From: Chloroflexota bacterium
Lineage (GTDB): Bacteria > Chloroflexota > UBA11872 > VXOZ01
Length of the DNA stretch: 64,000 nucleotides
NCBI GenBank assembly: GCA_965220015.1
Contig: OZ244798.1
Coordinates: 1,377,790-1,441,789, forward strand
Reading direction: 5' to 3'
How positions within the stretch are numbered: position 1 is the first letter of the stretch; each line of letters opens with the position of its first letter. A program made the translations under genes and the position numbers. The notes beneath the pieces were generated by a model. That model searched no databases. It worked only from the letters and a program-made list of their open reading frames with translations, and was not told the DNA's origin. This document shows, piece after piece, positions 21,045 through 30,595 of this stretch.

Positions 21045-22454
21045 TTATCCCTCCCGATACTCTTCGGGGCGGCGATCGATGATCTCGTTGAGGATGTCGG
21101 CGGAGGTGCGCAGTGCTTCGGGCACCGTAATCTCGCCCTTCAGCGCTTCATACCAGGGCGCGTTGGACGGGCCGTAGGCTTCGCTGAATTCCAGCACGCG
21201 CGGGAACGGGCGGCCGCCGGCGGCCCAGCCGGCCACGACCTGATCCACCTGCGTGCCTTCGTAACGAGCTGCCCACTTCGGGAACAGGCCGTGCCGAATA
21301 ATCGGCGGCCAGGCAATGAAGCCGAAGTAGTCGGTTTCCTCAGCGCCCTCGTCGCTGTGGATGTACTTGAGGAAGCTCCAAGCAGTTTCCTGGTTCGGCG
21401 AGAGGGTCATGAGAGAATAGCCATTCCCGACGAGGGTGGCCGTTTGGTCCTCACCCTTCGGCGGCATGGCGATGTCCAACCTCTCCTCCAAGTGCGTCTT
21501 GGCGGCGTTATAACGGAACATGCCGTTGAACTCAAGAGCCAGTGCCCCCGCCTCGAGGATGCCGATACCGGACCGACCGGCAGTAACTTTCTGGATGTCC
21601 TCGCTGGACGGCGTGTACTGGTGCTTGATGTGGAGGTCCACGTTGAACTGGCCACCACGCGCCGATAGCGGGTCCTCGCCGTAGAGCGCCCTGGTGTCGT
21701 TCTCGTTCATGATGGACCCGCCAAAGTTGAGCATGAAGGTGCCGCCCATGTACCAGAGGTTGTTCTGGCCCACTTGCAGCGCCCAGCGGCCGTCGTCAGG
21801 CTTATGGAGCCGTTCGGCCATGGCGAGCAGGTCGTCATATGTCCAGTCACCGCCGGGATAGTTCAGGCCGGCATCGTCGAAGTACTCTTTGTTGAAGAGC
21901 ACCACTTCGCCGCCGGACTGCATGGGCACGGCGTAGAGCTTATTCTGCCAGGTCCAAGAACGAATGTCGGCGTTGAAGTAGTCTTCCAACGGAAGCTTGT
22001 CGCGCTGGAAGAAGGGGATGTGATCGGGGAAAATCCCGTTCAAACCGCCGTAGCCGTACCAGTTGATCTGGTTGATGGATAGGTCCACGTCGGCTTGTCC
22101 GGCCGCGTGGTTCGTCTGCCGTCGTTCCCAAATCGTGCTGTACTCGCCGGGGACAACCTCTGTCTTGATGCCCAGCGCTTCTTCGGCTTGCGCCAACGTG
22201 TTGCGGAACGCCTGGTAACGACCATCGGATTCGACGAAGGTCTCGTCAATCCGCATGATCTTCTCTTCCATCACCGCTTCTTCTTTGGCCTCAGGCTCCG
22301 GCTCTTTGTCGTCGGCCATCTCACCAGTCTGCGCAACCGGCACTGCGCCGCAAGCCGCCAAGAAGACCACGCCACCGAGACCACCTGCTCCCGCCAGAAA
22401 ACCGCGGCGGGAAAAAGCGTATTGCTTCTCTTGCATTTTCTCAATTCTCCTCAA
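21045..22454 (-). CDS. ABC transporter substrate-binding lipoprotein (sugar-type, family 1)
   Basis: Tat/lipoprotein-like N-terminus SRRGFLAGAGGLGGVVFLAACG, acidic linker, and an SBP_bac_1-like body. The start may be the ATG at 22436. Confidence 0.85.
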   Translation of the reverse strand: MRRIEKMQEKQYAFSRRGFLAGAGGLGGVVFLAACGAVPVAQTGEMADDKEPEPEAKEEAVMEEKIMRIDETFVESDGRYQAFRNTLAQAEEALGIKTEVVPGEYSTIWERRQTNHAAGQADVDLSINQINWYGYGGLNGIFPDHIPFFQRDKLPLEDYFNADIRSWTWQNKLYAVPMQSGGEVVLFNKEYFDDAGLNYPGGDWTYDDLLAMAERLHKPDDGRWALQVGQNNLWYMGGTFMLNFGGSIMNENDTRALYGEDPLSARGGQFNVDLHIKHQYTPSSEDIQKVTAGRSGIGILEAGALALEFNGMFRYNAAKTHLEERLDIAMPPKGEDQTATLVGNGYSLMTLSPNQETAWSFLKYIHSDEGAEETDYFGFIAWPPIIRHGLFPKWAARYEGTQVDQVVAGWAAGGRPFPRVLEFSEAYGPSNAPWYEALKGEITVPEALRTSADILNEIIDRRPEEYREG

Positions 22455-22790
22455 TCAGCCACTCTTTGACTCAAGTGGCACATTGACAGTACTACACTAG
22501 TCAACCACGCACGCCCGTTGGGCGGAATCGCCTCCTTTCCCTCAATCTCCTCCTGATCAGGTAGCCGTAGTATCGCATAAGAAAATTCAGTCGTCAATAC
22601 TACTTGAAAAGGGGTGGAATCCGTGTGCAAGTCTCCAATTGTGCGGTCGCTCGTAGTGGGCAGTCTCACGTTGCTGGCCCTTCTTCATGTCAGAGAGTGC
22701 TAGGCTGAGCCGCCATAGGCCAAAGTCTTGGCGCCTTTTGGAGGTGATCACGGGCCCTGTGGGAAAATTTAGTGTCAGCAACCGGAAAAC

Positions 22791-24401
22791 TTACGTGACT
22801 TCCGTCACCGTGACGCCATCGAACCAGGCGGTGCCCGCGGATCCGACCAGGGCGGAGAGCACGACCCGGCAGCAGTAGACATAAGGCGGCAGAGCGGGTG
22901 TGCTGACTTCAAGACGTGTCCAGTCTCGCGTGCCGGCAACCGGCTGCGACTGCACGCGATCCATAAACCCCATATCGCCGTTCCACTCGAGGGATACCGT
23001 AATTCCGCCTTGCAAGTCTTCTGTTCGGACCCAGGCTTCAAGCGCGAAGCGCTTACCGGCAGTTGCTGCCAGCAGCTTGCCGTCGTCATTGAGGACGCGG
23101 CGAATTGCCGGCAGCACCGGTTCGTGACCCCGATTGCGCCAGCGAATGCTCTGTTCGCTGGTGCGCGCTACCATTGCGTCGCATGCGAATTGCGTACCTG
23201 GCAGCACCCAGCGTGCCGCGCCTTCTGCGATGCCTGCGATGACAGCGCCGGCAGGCGGGAGGTCCGGATACGGCAACTGCGGGCTTGCCGCGGGAAGTGG
23301 GGTGAGAGGGGCTGCCGGCTTGCGTAGGGTCAGCATATCGAACAGGCAGCCACCGGAATCGATAGCGCGTACCCGGCACTCATCCGGCGCCACGCTAGTC
23401 AGCAAGAAGTGGTTGGTGGGCTTGGCCAACGCGGATACGGGATGCAGGTGGTCCCACAGCTCGCTGGGCGATAGGCTCATGTCGTAACCGCCTCCGCCCG
23501 AGACAAAGTACGTCACACCGTTCTCGCTGTCGTACTGTCCCTCTCGCAGCGGATGAAAGCGCTCGTAGATCGTGGCGTGGGCCGTATACACGATGTCAAC
23601 GCCGTAGCGTTCGAATAGCGGACAGAGCGCGCGTGTTGCCGGAATCTCGCAGTTGTTGGAGCAGTACGGTGGATGATGGAAGAATACGAGCTTCCAGCGC
23701 GCGTTCTGAAAACTCTTGAGGTCATTTTCCAGCCAGACCCATTGCTCGGAACCCGGTCGGTAGTCCATGTTGCTGTTGAGCACGGTGAAGTGCGCAGGAC
23801 CGTAATTGAAGGAGTACCAGTAGTGAGGTTCCGGATAGTTGAAATAGCGGAAGTATCCCTCATTGGGTGAATCGTGATTGCCCATAGCAGCAAACCAGGG
23901 CGTGTATGGCAGCAAGTTCTCCGTGCAGGCGAAGAAGTCGCCAAACTTCGCGATCTCGTCTTGGGCGTGGTCACCGGCGCCGACGCAGATGTCGGCGCGG
24001 TACGCGCGGGCGAGGTCGGCATTGCGCCTGTGAACCTCGTGGACGCGCAAACTATCGCCGTAGGTGGCGAACGAAAAGGGGGAATTGTCCCGCACGGCGG
24101 TGCGAAAGCTGGCGCCTTCTGAGGTAACTGTGTCTCCGCCAAGTGAAGAAGAAGAAACTCGATAGAAATAGTCCTGTTCGATTTCCAATCCCGTGAGGCG
24201 AACCGCATGGACTGTGCGCAGGGAGTCGTCTTGGCTGCGGCACGGATACGTCGGCTCCGGTCTGCCGGCGTAGGCGCTCCAGCCAAGTCTGGCACTCTTC
24301 TCGTATTCCAAAAGGGACGTGCCAGGTTCGTCGGTGTGCCACATAACCGTGATGGCATCGCGCGCGACGTTTTGTAGATAGGGGCCGGCGGCGATTCGCA
24401 T
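22791..24401 (-). CDS. Metallophosphoesterase, purple-acid-phosphatase-like (N-terminal FN3-like domain)
   Basis: GD-x-Q / GDxxY ... GNHD ... FFHHPPY ... AHATIYER phosphoesterase motifs follow an N-terminal PAP-type domain (YLQNVARDAITVMWHTDEP...LEYE). The start was set to MRIAAGPYLQNV (Met48 of the track ORF), 5 nt after the Kelch gene stop. The track ORF 24542 reads through the upstream gene. Confidence 0.8.
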   Translation of the reverse strand: MRIAAGPYLQNVARDAITVMWHTDEPGTSLLEYEKSARLGWSAYAGRPEPTYPCRSQDDSLRTVHAVRLTGLEIEQDYFYRVSSSSLGGDTVTSEGASFRTAVRDNSPFSFATYGDSLRVHEVHRRNADLARAYRADICVGAGDHAQDEIAKFGDFFACTENLLPYTPWFAAMGNHDSPNEGYFRYFNYPEPHYWYSFNYGPAHFTVLNSNMDYRPGSEQWVWLENDLKSFQNARWKLVFFHHPPYCSNNCEIPATRALCPLFERYGVDIVYTAHATIYERFHPLREGQYDSENGVTYFVSGGGGYDMSLSPSELWDHLHPVSALAKPTNHFLLTSVAPDECRVRAIDSGGCLFDMLTLRKPAAPLTPLPAASPQLPYPDLPPAGAVIAGIAEGAARWVLPGTQFACDAMVARTSEQSIRWRNRGHEPVLPAIRRVLNDDGKLLAATAGKRFALEAWVRTEDLQGGITVSLEWNGDMGFMDRVQSQPVAGTRDWTRLEVSTPALPPYVYCCRVVLSALVGSAGTAWFDGVTVTEVT

Positions 24402-24406
24402 GCCCG

Positions 24407-25327
24407 CTACCGCCGGTACGACCACACGTCGTTGTAGAGGGTGTCGCCAAAGCCGCCGATCAGCCACAGCTTTTCGCGGTACGTCAGGCAGACCGGCGCG
24501 TGACGAATGGGCCAGATGGGATCGCCGACGGCTTCCACCCAATGCGCGCCGTCGGCAGAAAACCAGACGTCGTTGCGGTTACCGTGGGTGTGGCCGCCGA
24601 TGATCCACAGCTTGTCGTCATACACAGCCGAAGCGTGGAAGCGCCGCTCTTGCCAGGCTGCGGCCACGGCTACCATCTCCCACGACTTGCCGTCGGTCGT
24701 ACACCACACGTCGTTGTGGTTTACTACGGTGTTGTTGGGGTAGTTCGTGTTGTACACGCCGCCGCCCATGAGCCACATCTTTCCGTCGAAAACCACGGAA
24801 GTCTGCATGCTGCGGGCGCTCCACGGCGCATGTTCCTCCACCAAGTCCCAGTGCTTGCCGTCGGTCGAGGTCCAAACGTCCTGGTAGTGGTGGGATTTCT
24901 CGATATCGAAACCGCCGAACAGCCACATTCTGCCATCGTATACGACGGCTGAGGCGGCGCTCCGTTTTCCCCACGGCGCGTCCAATGTAGCGGCTTCCCA
25001 GTGCTTGCCGTCGGTGGAACACCAGACGTCGTTGTACGAGACGTGTGGGTTATCCGCGCCGGCGAAAATCCAGATTTTGTCATTGTAGACGAGCGTACAG
25101 GGGAGATTGCGTGGCGCCCACGGCGCGGACGGCGTAACCTCTTCCCAATTGACGCCGTCGGACGACGACCACACGTCATTGACGCGGGTGGGGATGAAGC
25201 CTCCCAGGAACCACATCTTGTCCTGAAAGACCGCCCAGCCCATCGAGTCGCGTCTCGTCCATGGGGCTTCGGCTGTTTCTTGATTCCAAGCGACCGCAAC
25301 CGCTTGGCCTGCCGATTCTGTTTGCAT
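24407..25327 (-). CDS. Kelch-repeat beta-propeller protein
   Basis: Six repeats of the pattern ...NDVW.S.DG..W..... (for example NDVWSSSDGVNWEEV, NDVWCSTDGKHWEAA, QDVWTSTDGKHWDLV). GAGGAA RBS 4 nt before the ATG. Confidence 0.8.
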   Translation of the reverse strand: MQTESAGQAVAVAWNQETAEAPWTRRDSMGWAVFQDKMWFLGGFIPTRVNDVWSSSDGVNWEEVTPSAPWAPRNLPCTLVYNDKIWIFAGADNPHVSYNDVWCSTDGKHWEAATLDAPWGKRSAASAVVYDGRMWLFGGFDIEKSHHYQDVWTSTDGKHWDLVEEHAPWSARSMQTSVVFDGKMWLMGGGVYNTNYPNNTVVNHNDVWCTTDGKSWEMVAVAAAWQERRFHASAVYDDKLWIIGGHTHGNRNDVWFSADGAHWVEAVGDPIWPIRHAPVCLTYREKLWLIGGFGDTLYNDVWSYRR

Positions 25328-25560
25328 CTGTTTCCTCGCTTCTGCGCGCCTTGGGGCCGCGGCACTCTGGATTCCTATGAATACGATAGCAAATTTAGAG
25401 AGTTTAGGGTGGCTGGAACGATGCCTTGCTGATGAATACTCTAATGACCTCGCGCGGCGTACTCTTACAGTCTTTCGTTATACTGATAGGCATATTCGTG
25501 TTTGGCGAGCAAGTCTACACACTATTTCGTTTGCGCAGCTCTCGAAAAGCGGTCGAGCCC

Positions 25561-26820
25561 ATGATCAACTACACACCTCATGACGAGGAGCGTCTCTATC
25601 CGGAAGAAGAAAAAGTCGCCGATGATCGGGAGGCGTTCGAGCGGGACCGCGGGCGCATCATACACAGTGCCGCCTTTCGTCGCTTGCAGGGCAAGACGCA
25701 GGTATTCGGCGTGCGCTACGGCGACTTCTTTCGCACGCGGCTTACCCACTCCTTGGAGGTGGCGCAGATCGGCAAGGCGCTGGCCCTGCGATTGGGGGCT
25801 GACCCCACCCTGGTTGAGGCGATCTGCCTCGCCCACGACATCGGCCACCCCCCGTTCGGCCACTACGGCGAGCAGGTCTTGCGGACGCGCATGGCGCAAC
25901 ATGGCGACTTTGAAGCGAACGCTCAGAACTTGCGTGTGCTGACCCAACTAGAGGTCAAGTCGGACCGCTATCCGGGGCTCAACCTAACGCGCAGCGTGCT
26001 GGACGGTCTGCTGAAGTATAAGGCGCTCCATGGCTCGCGGCCCGGTATGAGGAAGTTCTGCTACGCCGAGGACGCAACGCTGCTTGAGTGGATTTGCGCG
26101 AATGGCGCATTGGAAGAGCGTTCCTTCGAATGCCAGATCATGGACTGGGCCGATGACGTGGCCTATTCGGCGCACGACCTCGAAGACGGCATTCACGTGG
26201 GCATGATCACAATCCAGCACCTGCGGCGTCCCTCGAACCAGGATGCCGTCATCCAGCGGGTGCGGGAAAGTGCGGAGGAACGCGGGCGAACCTGGTCGGC
26301 CGGCGAGGTGGTCCAGGAGCTCGACTGGCTTGCGGCGCGTTTAATCGAACTGGAAGAGCTGCCCACGCCGCGGCACGTGCGCGCCGCATTGAAGCACCTG
26401 ACCTCGCGCTTGATCAATGAGTTTGTGCGCTGTGCCCAGGTGGCGCCCCGCTTGGGTTGGCGGGAGAGTCTCTCGGAGCGCTACCGGTACGGAATCATGG
26501 TCCCCGATGCGCAGGAACGGCGCTGCGAGGTGCTGAAACAGGTGGCCTTCGTCTTGGTGTTCGCGGAACCACGGGTTACAACCCTCGCCCACCGCGCCCG
26601 CCACATGGTAGACCGTCTCTTCGACGTCTTTCAGGAAGAAGAGAGTGCGGCGATGTACTCTCTGGAATTCCAGGAACACTTTTCAGCAGCGAGGGACGAC
26701 GCCACGCGCCGCCGCGTAGCCTGCGACTACCTAGCGACCATGACGGACTTTCAAGCGGAACGCACGTACCAACGCCTCTTCGTGCCCGGCTACGAGAGTA
26801 TCCTAGAGCCGCTGGTGTGA
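25561..26820 (+). CDS. dgt: Deoxyguanosinetriphosphate triphosphohydrolase-like HD-domain protein
   Basis: RDRGRIIHSAAFRRLQGKTQV...THSLEVAQIGKALA...HDIGHPPFGH matches the dGTPase HD-domain signature. The start was set to the Met at 25561 (MINYTPHDEE); the track start is 25426. Confidence 0.85.
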   Translation: MINYTPHDEERLYPEEEKVADDREAFERDRGRIIHSAAFRRLQGKTQVFGVRYGDFFRTRLTHSLEVAQIGKALALRLGADPTLVEAICLAHDIGHPPFGHYGEQVLRTRMAQHGDFEANAQNLRVLTQLEVKSDRYPGLNLTRSVLDGLLKYKALHGSRPGMRKFCYAEDATLLEWICANGALEERSFECQIMDWADDVAYSAHDLEDGIHVGMITIQHLRRPSNQDAVIQRVRESAEERGRTWSAGEVVQELDWLAARLIELEELPTPRHVRAALKHLTSRLINEFVRCAQVAPRLGWRESLSERYRYGIMVPDAQERRCEVLKQVAFVLVFAEPRVTTLAHRARHMVDRLFDVFQEEESAAMYSLEFQEHFSAARDDATRRRVACDYLATMTDFQAERTYQRLFVPGYESILEPLV

Positions 26821-26886
26821 GCCGCAGTCGCGCAGCCGTGTAGTGAACGGCGCACGAATCATGAATCCATTGATCTAACGAATCGC

Positions 26887-26914
26887 GTAGGGGCACGACA
26901 TGTCGTGCCCCTAC
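26887..26914. repeat. Perfect 28-bp palindrome GTAGGGGCACGACATGTCGTGCCCCTAC (copy 2), between convergent dgt and oxidoreductase genes
   Basis: Identical to copy 1 at 20969-20996. It lies in a convergent intergenic gap, consistent with a bidirectional terminator hairpin. Confidence 0.7.
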
Positions 26915-27003
26915 TTCTCATTGCAATGACGTTCGTTGCTGGGCGGTTCGCGAACCGCCCCTACATTGCCATTCGTCCTACCGCCCCTACCTCACCTTTC
27001 GTC

Positions 27004-28092
27004 CTACCACACCTCTTCCGTCCTGCGCCAAACCATCTGCGGTCGCACATTCTCCAGGGGCAAGTCGGCAATTATGCTGTAGTCCTCACCGTGGTACGCG
27101 GCGATGATGGCCTCCATCGACTTCTTGGATTCGACGCCGTCAGTCAGCGGCGTCTTGTCGTTCACGATGCAGTCTATGAAGTGCTCGCACTCGCCGGCGA
27201 AGTTCTTGCGCGCGCTGAAGGCATCCATCAGGTCGGCCTTGCTGGGATCGTCTTCTATAAGAAGCGTGCCTTCCTTGTCGCCCGCCTGCCAGAGTGTCAA
27301 GCGGCGGACGCCGTCGGGATCGTAGCTCAGGATCAACTCGCCGCCTTCCAGGTAGACCGCGAAGCGTAAATGGCAATCGCTGTGCTTGGTACCCCAGGAA
27401 GCCACGTAGTTGCCCAAGGCGCCGCTGGCAAAACGATAGATTGAGACTGCCGTATCTTCACGGCCGAGGGTCTCCCGGCGGAAGCGGTCGTCGCTGAGGC
27501 AGGTGGATTGCACGACGTCGCCCAAGTTCCAGATCATCTGGTCGACGTAATGGCAGCCGTGGCTGAGCAGGCATCCCATGGGGAAGGTCTTCCACGACTT
27601 GCGCCACCCTGCCGGATTCGCCATGTTATCTTCCGTGCGTACTTGGGCCATGTAGGGCTGGCCGTACGCGCCGCCGGTCACCTGCTCGTTGAGTTTCTGC
27701 CAGATAGGTTGAAAGCGGGTGACGTACGCCACCATGAGCTTGACGTCTTTCTCATCTGCAACGCGGATCATCTCGTCGGCGTCTTCGAGCGTCGTCGCCA
27801 TTACCTTCTCGGTAAGCACGTGCTTGCCGCGATGCATAGCGGCCAGGCTCATCTCCGCGTGCAGATGGGGCGGCGTGCAGATGTCTACGGCGTCTACCTC
27901 ATCGAGAATCGACAGATAGTCTGTCGACCACTTAGAGCCGGTGCGCTCCGCCTCGGCCTTAGCCTTCTCTTCATCCACGTCCACGCAGTAGGCCAGTTCA
28001 CAGGCTTCGCTCATGCGGGCATAGGCATTGATGTGCCCGGTGCTAATGCCACCGCAACCGATGACGGCTATGCGAATCTTGCTTTCGTTCAT
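27004..28092 (-). CDS. Gfo/Idh/MocA-family NAD(P)-dependent oxidoreductase
   Basis: N-terminal Rossmann motif IRIAVIGCGGISTGH, CTPPHLHAEMSLAAMHRGKHVLTEKVMA, and the C-terminal GFO_IDH_MocA_C region. Confidence 0.9.
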   Translation of the reverse strand: MNESKIRIAVIGCGGISTGHINAYARMSEACELAYCVDVDEEKAKAEAERTGSKWSTDYLSILDEVDAVDICTPPHLHAEMSLAAMHRGKHVLTEKVMATTLEDADEMIRVADEKDVKLMVAYVTRFQPIWQKLNEQVTGGAYGQPYMAQVRTEDNMANPAGWRKSWKTFPMGCLLSHGCHYVDQMIWNLGDVVQSTCLSDDRFRRETLGREDTAVSIYRFASGALGNYVASWGTKHSDCHLRFAVYLEGGELILSYDPDGVRRLTLWQAGDKEGTLLIEDDPSKADLMDAFSARKNFAGECEHFIDCIVNDKTPLTDGVESKKSMEAIIAAYHGEDYSIIADLPLENVRPQMVWRRTEEVW

Positions 28093-28281
28093 GCTTGTGC
28101 ACTCCTCTTGGCACTATTGGTACTATCTCTATGTCAATACAATTTCAATCGGCGGACTTGAGTTGACCTGGGCATACGCCTACTGCAAGTAGGTTGCCGC
28201 GCTCCGCCAATGGCAAGCAAGCTTGCCTAGCGGACCCAGGGAGCGGAGTTGCGCGGCTCCGAACACGCGTAAACACCACGG

Positions 28282-29640
28282 CTAGAATAGCCGTCCTAGT
28301 AGCTCAACCGCGCACTCTTCCATCGCAGGCCCGGTGCCGACTCCGCCGAGCGACGAATAGCCGGCCCACGTTTCATAGCCGCCGTGCTCGGTCAGGGCCT
28401 TATCCGTGCACACATAGCCAATGTAACCGTTAGCCAGGCTCACTACGAATTGCGGAGAAGCGGGCGAATGCTGCTTGATGTTCAGGCCAAACTCCACAAA
28501 GATCTCGCCGGGCAAGGCGACAATTGATGCGTCTCCCAGACGCAGGGCTTGCACCGGCGCGGTGTGCGTAATCGGCATTTTGGCCAAGCGTTGGCACTCA
28601 ACTGCGTAAACGTCTGAAAGTTGACTCGGTAATGTTTGACCGACCACCCAGCTAAACGGACCGGAATCGTAATCGGAGTACGTTCCTGCGGGAACCGCCA
28701 GGATCTTCTCAGCCATGGCAAGGTCCTCGTCCGTGATGTCCTTGCGCTTGAAGTCGAAAGTGCCGACTGCGGCCCCAAGCACGAGCTCGTCCTGCATCTC
28801 CATGAGTTGAATCTCAGTGATGAGGTGGCCGGCAAGCACGTTTGCCATCTTAGCGGCTTGCTCGTGGCCGCTCGCGGTCCACTTGCGCTTGCCGCTGTAG
28901 TCATTGTTGTTGATGTCGCCCGAAGTACCGTTCCAGACCATGCCGACACATTGCGGGTCAAGGTAGCGTTGAATGAGCCGGTGGAAGTGCCCAAAGTAGT
29001 CTGCGGAAATGGCGAGGCCGTTGTCCGTGCCTACGTAGTGGAGGACGAAATTTGACACGGCGGCGATGGGCCGTCCGTCCGCCCCTTCGACGTAGAGCAT
29101 GGTGACTTCGGGATCTTTGGGATAGGTTGGCTTAACGAGGTCGGGATTGCCCGCGCCCGGGTTCATGCGCACGGTGCCGTCGCGCATGTGCCAGCGGCGG
29201 TTGAACGAGATGCGGTCCTCGTGAGCAGTGGCAAAGCCGATGCGCGCAGCCTGCAGGCGGTGAGTAGCTATTTCTACGGCATCCGCCATTTTGAGCGGCG
29301 CCCACTCGACATAGGCCTTGTCCTCGCCGGTGCCGAGGAGATCGGCAACGCCGGCGGCCGTATGGGTATGCGTCGCGTTGATCATGACGTTTTCGGGAGG
29401 GATGTCGCAGCGCGCGGCGATGCGCTCTTTGGCCCGGTCCGCCATCCCTTGGGGCATCACGATGAGGTCGCACGTAACAAGCGCAATCCGCATCTCGCCA
29501 TTGTCGATCACCAACGCCTTGGCCAGGAGCTCGTCGTCGACATGTTCGGCGTAGCGCGTACGATGGCTTCCCGGCACCTCTATGCCCAGCCACGGTGTGA
29601 TATTTGCCGTGGCAGCGCCGGCTTGCAGTGATGTACTCAC
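28282..29640 (-). CDS. Neutral/alkaline ceramidase N-terminal-domain-like hydrolase (paralog 1)
   Basis: AGAATANITPWLGIEVPG ... ALVIDNGEMRIALVTCDLIVMP ... NATHTHTAAG matches the neutral-ceramidase catalytic-domain pattern (GAAxxDITP ... HTHSGP). The start was set to the GTG at 29640, preceded by AAAGGAG at an 8-nt spacing. This parallels the paralog N-terminus MSGQLRAGAATANLTPW. Confidence 0.7.
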   Translation of the reverse strand: MSTSLQAGAATANITPWLGIEVPGSHRTRYAEHVDDELLAKALVIDNGEMRIALVTCDLIVMPQGMADRAKERIAARCDIPPENVMINATHTHTAAGVADLLGTGEDKAYVEWAPLKMADAVEIATHRLQAARIGFATAHEDRISFNRRWHMRDGTVRMNPGAGNPDLVKPTYPKDPEVTMLYVEGADGRPIAAVSNFVLHYVGTDNGLAISADYFGHFHRLIQRYLDPQCVGMVWNGTSGDINNNDYSGKRKWTASGHEQAAKMANVLAGHLITEIQLMEMQDELVLGAAVGTFDFKRKDITDEDLAMAEKILAVPAGTYSDYDSGPFSWVVGQTLPSQLSDVYAVECQRLAKMPITHTAPVQALRLGDASIVALPGEIFVEFGLNIKQHSPASPQFVVSLANGYIGYVCTDKALTEHGGYETWAGYSSLGGVGTGPAMEECAVELLGRLF

Positions 29641-29895
29641 GAGCGTCACTCCTTTTGTTCGCTTGCCCGGACTTGTCCACTGTAGACGCAAGTATAGCGT
29701 AGAATGATGTCAAACGGAATGGCAGAGATTCCTGATCTGGCCCACCGACAGCATGTAAGTCTGCCATGACTTGGGATGGAGAATCACTAGGCTCGAAGCT
29801 CAGTACATCCGGTCGCGCCAGCGCACCATTGACAGCCGCAGCGCCAACGTCTTACGATGTTTGCAGACCCTACAGTGTAGTAAGGATTGCTACCG

Positions 29896-30546
29896 ATGCT
29901 AAGATTTGCTGAAGAAATCATGCTGCTCCTTCTCGATGATGAGAGTGGAGAATTCGCGCATATTCCCGAATGGTCGCTACGGTACGCCCTGGCAGGCGCG
30001 GTGCTGATGGACATTGCGCTGGAAGACCGAATCGACACCGATCCGAAGCAGCTTACCTTGCTGAACCCGACCCCGACCGGGGACGACTTGCTCGATCCGA
30101 CCCTGGAGAGCATCGCGCAAGCAACCGAAGGGCACGACATCTGCCATTGGATCGAACACACGGCTGAGAGTGCGTACTCGATCCGCGACAAAGCGATGAA
30201 GAGACTTATCATGCACGGCATTCTAGAGAGTCGCGATGATCGCTTTCTCTGGGTGTTCCGTTCGCGGCGTTACCCAATCGTTGACGGCAAGGCCGAGCGG
30301 GAAGTGAAGCTGCGGATCATGGAAGTACTCTTTAGCGACGTGATCCCCGACCCGCGCGACATCGTGATTATCTGCCTGGCAGACGCTTGCGGCATCTTTC
30401 GAATGCTACTGTCCAAGCAGGAGTTGAAGCTCGCCGCCGCGCGCATCGAACAGGTACGCAAGCTTGACCTTATCGGCCAGGCGGTCTCGCAGGTGGTGTG
30501 GAACATCGAGGCATCCCTAGCGCTCTCCATGCACCCGATGGCATAG
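29896..30546 (+). CDS. GPP34 / GOLPH3-like family protein
   Basis: MLRFAEEIMLLLLDDESGEF...LRYALAGAVLMDIALEDRI matches the N-terminal signature of bacterial GPP34 (Golgi phosphoprotein 3-like, PF05719) proteins. ATG at 29896 is preceded by TAAGGA 9 nt upstream. Transcribed divergently from ceramidase-like paralog 1. Confidence 0.7.
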   Translation: MLRFAEEIMLLLLDDESGEFAHIPEWSLRYALAGAVLMDIALEDRIDTDPKQLTLLNPTPTGDDLLDPTLESIAQATEGHDICHWIEHTAESAYSIRDKAMKRLIMHGILESRDDRFLWVFRSRRYPIVDGKAEREVKLRIMEVLFSDVIPDPRDIVIICLADACGIFRMLLSKQELKLAAARIEQVRKLDLIGQAVSQVVWNIEASLALSMHPMA

Positions 30547-30595
30547 CCCCTAGGGGCCACGCTCTCGGTTCCCCCAGTGCACATAGCGGCGGTGT

